This document shows, one piece after another, positions 60,312 through 64,000 of a stretch of 64,000 nt of DNA (position 1 is the first letter of the stretch; the number at the start of each line of letters is the position of its first letter). The DNA comes from Sulfurospirillaceae bacterium. Lineage in GTDB: Bacteria > Campylobacterota > Campylobacteria > Campylobacterales > Sulfurospirillaceae. The notes under the pieces are model-generated. The model made no database searches. It was not told where the DNA came from and saw nothing but the letters and a program-made list of their open reading frames with translations. The position numbers and the translations under genes were made by a program. The stretch is from contig JAWVXD010000002.1 in assembly GCA_033723415.1 (NCBI GenBank), positions 32,001 through 96,000 of the forward strand. The letters run 5' to 3'.

Positions 60312-62201
60312 TCAAATACGGGGTATTGTAATCGTAAATTCTACCCCTTTGTTTGTATTTTCAAAACTCAATGTTCCATGAAAATTATTTTCCACTATCA
60401 TCTTTGACATATATAAGCCGACACCTGTACCTTGTGATTTGAATTTTGTAGTAAAATAAGGCTCAAATACCTTATCTTTTATCTCTTCATTTATGCCACC
60501 TGCATTGTCTTGTATCGTTATCTTGACATATTCGTTTCTCTTTTCAGCAGATATTTTAACTTCCCCATTTGTAATATTATTGGACAAAATAGCATCTTTT
60601 GCATTATTTAAGATATTGATAAATGCCTGCTCTAATTTTTTCTTATCTCCATTTATGATTATATCTTTTTCACATGAACTGAATATTTTTATAAAATTAC
60701 TTGTAAAAGAATCTTGTATTATAAGTATTGTGTTGTTGATCTCTTCTTCTAAATGAAACTTTTCATCATTTCCAGTCGGGATAAAAAAATTTCTAAAAAC
60801 ATCAATTGTTTTTGAAAGATAAATTATGCTTTTTTCCATCCTTTCAAAACTTGAAGACATTATCTCTTCTGTTAAACTGCCATTTTCTTTTAACAGAGTT
60901 AATTTACTCATAGAAAGACTTAATGAATTTAGCGGCTGTTTCCATTGGTGAGATATATTCCCCAACATTTCTCCCATAGATGCCAACTTATTTTGCTGCT
61001 GTATCAAGAGCAGTTGTTTTTTGCTTTTGTCAGCTTCCGATAAAATCACATTTTTATATCTATTGCAGAGTCTTTCACTTTTTTTAGAAATAAAGGTCAA
61101 TAAACCTGCTAAAACAATAGCCATAAAAGAGAAAATTATACATAATATTATAATAGTCTTACTTAATTGTATTCCCAAATATTTTTCTTCTGTACTAACG
61201 ATATAGTCCATATTTTTAAGATAAACTCCGGACCCAAGTACCCACTTCCACTCATCAAATCCGACCACATAAGCTATATTTCGTATAGGTTTACCGTTAT
61301 TTTGACTTCCCTCGGTCAAATATTCTAAGAAACCACCGCCTTTTTTTGCCAGATTGATGGTCTTTTTGATTAGGCTTGATTGATTTACGTCTTTAAATTT
61401 AGTGTTATTTTTTACAATAAGCGACTCATTGATATCTATCAATGTATCACCATTGTATTTATAAGCAAAAAAATAGTTATTTTCCCCATATTTGGTATCT
61501 TTTATCTCATTTATCAGTTCATTTTGTATGTCTTTTTCAAAATCAGATACGTACTCTCCAGTACCTATAAACCAATGCAACGGCCCAAAATATTTTACAT
61601 ATCCTAATTTTTTATACATAGTCTTTTTATCTTCGGGTTTTCTCCAATACCAGGTATAAAATCCACTATTTTTTTTGAGACATATCTTTGCGATATCTCT
61701 AACTACATAATGACCTTTTATATCAAAATAACCTGAGAAATCTTTTCCTTCCAAGTCTGATTCTATTGGTAACAAAATATTTTTTAAATTTGTATCATAA
61801 ATAAAATAATATCCTCTTCCGTGATTGAATCTGATAGGTCGTATAGCCTCTTTTACTAATTTGGCAATTAGATCTTTATTTTTATTTTTATTTTTTATAT
61901 AAATATTCATACTTATGTTATAAGCTTCTTCCACCCGTGCTTTTAACTTCAACTTCAAGTTTTGTTCCGCATGTTTCTTTTCGTATTTTATATGTTCAAT
62001 AAGTGTAAAGGTATGATTTTTCAATCTGTCTTTTCTAGTTTCTATCAAAGTGCGCTTCATATCTTTGATCTGTCTTTTATTTTGTTGGATGTAACTGTAT
62101 ATGATTATGGCGGACATGATACAAAAAAACATAAGCACTATTATCATAGGCATATATTTGATCAGCCGTAATAGCTTTTTTTCTTGTTCTAGCTCAGGCA
62201 T
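60312..62201 (-). CDS. Sensor histidine kinase with tandem Cache domains
   Basis: 'GRGYYFIYD', 'WFIGTGEY', 'WVLGSGVY', H-box 'NISHQWKQPL', 'DNAGGI', 'GTGVGLYMSK'. Confidence 0.92.
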   Translation of the reverse strand: MPELEQEKKLLRLIKYMPMIIVLMFFCIMSAIIIYSYIQQNKRQIKDMKRTLIETRKDRLKNHTFTLIEHIKYEKKHAEQNLKLKLKARVEEAYNISMNIYIKNKNKNKDLIAKLVKEAIRPIRFNHGRGYYFIYDTNLKNILLPIESDLEGKDFSGYFDIKGHYVVRDIAKICLKKNSGFYTWYWRKPEDKKTMYKKLGYVKYFGPLHWFIGTGEYVSDFEKDIQNELINEIKDTKYGENNYFFAYKYNGDTLIDINESLIVKNNTKFKDVNQSSLIKKTINLAKKGGGFLEYLTEGSQNNGKPIRNIAYVVGFDEWKWVLGSGVYLKNMDYIVSTEEKYLGIQLSKTIIILCIIFSFMAIVLAGLLTFISKKSERLCNRYKNVILSEADKSKKQLLLIQQQNKLASMGEMLGNISHQWKQPLNSLSLSMSKLTLLKENGSLTEEIMSSSFERMEKSIIYLSKTIDVFRNFFIPTGNDEKFHLEEEINNTILIIQDSFTSNFIKIFSSCEKDIIINGDKKKLEQAFINILNNAKDAILSNNITNGEVKISAEKRNEYVKITIQDNAGGINEEIKDKVFEPYFTTKFKSQGTGVGLYMSKMIVENNFHGTLSFENTNKGVEFTITIPRI

Positions 62202-62207
62202 TGGTGC

Positions 62208-63515
62208 TTACTCTTTTAAAAATTTATATCTATTTTTTCCTGATCTTTTTGCTTCATACATAGCTTTGTCTGCATTGTGAATCAATGACGCCTCTGATGA
62301 GCATTCACTGTGTTCATTGCATATTTCTATGCCTATACTACAGGCTATTCTCACTTGTGTAGAATGATCTAACGTAAATGGCATACTTAATTTTTCCAAT
62401 ATACTTTTCGCAATTAAAATATATTGTTCCTTGCTAGATGCACTCTCTAAAATCAAAACAAATTCATCTCCACCAAATCTAGCTAGCGTATCTGTCTGTC
62501 TAATTGTAGTTTTTATCCTGTCTGCGACCATTTGAAGCAATTGATCCCCGGCATTATGCCCAAAAGTATCATTTACTTCCTTAAATTTATCAAGATCAAT
62601 AAACAAAATGGCAAAATTTTTCTGACTTCGTTTACTTCTTAAAATTGCCTGTTCTAACCTATCTTTTAGTAATATTCTATTTGGTAACTTAGTCAGCATG
62701 TCATAGTTTGCCATATATTGGAGTTCTGCTTCTCTTTCTTTATCTACGGTTTTGTCTTGAATTATTTTCAAAAATGCATAGATTTCATTGTTTTCATTCT
62801 TCATCGGTATTGTTTTTATATCCAAGTAAGTTGTTTTTCCATTTTTATCAGTATCTTCATACAATTCTCTTCTGCTTGCACCATTTGCCAAACTTACTTC
62901 TCTTTTACAAAAATTACCTGTAAACTTACAAACAATATCATTGTTTTCAGATTTGTCATAACACTTTATAAACTCTCTTTCACCTATAAAGTTCAATTTT
63001 TTTGCCAAATTATTTACAAATGAAATATTACATTCCAAGTCTATCACGACCATAGGATAGGGAAATTCATTCAAAATAGCTTGTGTAAGTATTTTTTCTT
63101 TTTTAAATTCTTTATCTTTTATAACGGCTTTTGATTCTTTTAAAAGTACATCCAATAACAATTTTGCATTTGTTGGCTTTATAACATATCCGGATATTTT
63201 ATCTCCAATAGCTTGCAAAAAAGTATCGATACTTGCAAAAACCGTATGAAGTACGACAGATATATCCTCATTAATTTCTCTCATCTTGCGAATCAAACTA
63301 AAACCATCCATCTTTGGTAGTCCTAAATCCACCAGTACTATGTCAGGTTGGTGTATCATAAACTGCGCAAGCCCCTCTTCACCGTCTCTGGCTTTGTAGC
63401 ATTCCTTACAATAAATTTCCAGTAGACTACACAGCTCTTCTAGCTCATCTTCATCATCTTCAACAACAAGAATTGTTACGTTTTTTAATTCAGAATAATC
63501 GTGTTTTTGGTTCAT
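62208..63515 (-). CDS. REC-PAS-GGDEF diguanylate cyclase
   Basis: 'LVVEDD..VDLGLP..KP', 'DMLTKLPNR', I-site 'RQTD', 'GGDEF'. Confidence 0.92.
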   Translation of the reverse strand: MNQKHDYSELKNVTILVVEDDEDELEELCSLLEIYCKECYKARDGEEGLAQFMIHQPDIVLVDLGLPKMDGFSLIRKMREINEDISVVLHTVFASIDTFLQAIGDKISGYVIKPTNAKLLLDVLLKESKAVIKDKEFKKEKILTQAILNEFPYPMVVIDLECNISFVNNLAKKLNFIGEREFIKCYDKSENNDIVCKFTGNFCKREVSLANGASRRELYEDTDKNGKTTYLDIKTIPMKNENNEIYAFLKIIQDKTVDKEREAELQYMANYDMLTKLPNRILLKDRLEQAILRSKRSQKNFAILFIDLDKFKEVNDTFGHNAGDQLLQMVADRIKTTIRQTDTLARFGGDEFVLILESASSKEQYILIAKSILEKLSMPFTLDHSTQVRIACSIGIEICNEHSECSSEASLIHNADKAMYEAKRSGKNRYKFLKE

Positions 63516-64000
63516 TGATTCTCACTTAAAGTAATCATGTACTTACTACCATAAACATTTTTTATCAAGTCATGTGAACCTAGTTTTTTTCTTAGATTAA
63601 AAATGGTATTTCTTATATTTTTTGGATTGTATTCTTTGTCTGTATCGCCCCACAAATAGTTAAATATAGTTACACTGGATACCGGTTTATTTTTAACTTT
63701 AAGTAGCATCTTCAATATCTTTTGCTCACTCAAAGTTAGTTTTATGACATCGTTATCCTTAAGAAGGACCGATTTTTCATTGTCCCAAACAAGCTCATGG
63801 TTCAATTTTGTGAAGCCTTTAGGTATATTTAACCTCTTCATGCACAAATTAATGGTATTTTTCAATACTGCAGAAGTAAGCGGTTTAACCAAGTAATCAA
63901 CAATATCCAGTTTTATTGCCTTAAATAACTTTTCTTTGTCATCATAAGCACTAACTATAACAACTGGCAATTTTCTATTGTTTTCTTTGATTTTTTGGAT
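63512..64000 (-). CDS. OmpR-family response regulator (5' end outside the window)
   Basis: REC C-terminal half 'VSAY..DYLVKP' plus winged helix 'IRNTIFNLRKKL..NVYGSKY'. Confidence 0.88.
   Translation of the reverse strand: MQKIKENNRKLPVVIVSAYDDKEKLFKAIKLDIVDYLVKPLTSAVLKNTINLCMKRLNIPKGFTKLNHELVWDNEKSVLLKDNDVIKLTLSEQKILKMLLKVKNKPVSSVTIFNYLWGDTDKEYNPKNIRNTIFNLRKKLGSHDLIKNVYGSKYMITLSENQ

Noticed and set aside
1..64000. CRISPR arrays, tRNA/rRNA genes, riboswitches, IS elements
   Set aside because: None recognised by eye in the short intergenic regions; a covariance-model search would be needed to exclude small RNAs.

Overview
AT-rich bacterial chromosome segment, very likely Campylobacterota (Sulfurospirillum-like by inference from the fabZ-lpxA-clpX-mreB-mreC-carB order, a MutS-HNH fusion and an HQWKQPL-type histidine kinase). 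1-20.4 kb is accessory: GNAT, porin, nhaA, sdaA, stand-alone eutBC, MutS7-like gene, c-di-GMP signalling genes including a frameshifted hybrid kinase, NUDIX, methyltransferase and YbcL. 20.5-43.0 kb is an aromatic catabolism cluster: iorAB, NDH-2, Liv-type ABC transporter, paaFGHIJK, paaX, paaN and paaY. It lacks the canonical ring-epoxidase genes paaABC(D)E and the MaoC domain of PaaZ. Instead it carries a two-gene operon for a single ferritin-like diiron protein and a ferredoxin-first reductase. A palindromic TAYTAC-N27-GTARTA motif with PaaX-operator geometry occurs in all five promoter regions of the cluster, including the one in front of the diiron operon. The best candidate for a new system is therefore a minimal two-component phenylacetyl-CoA oxygenase in a PaaX regulon. 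43-64 kb is mostly housekeeping genes plus a two-component/GGDEF cluster. No rRNA, tRNA, CRISPR array or mobile element was recognised.
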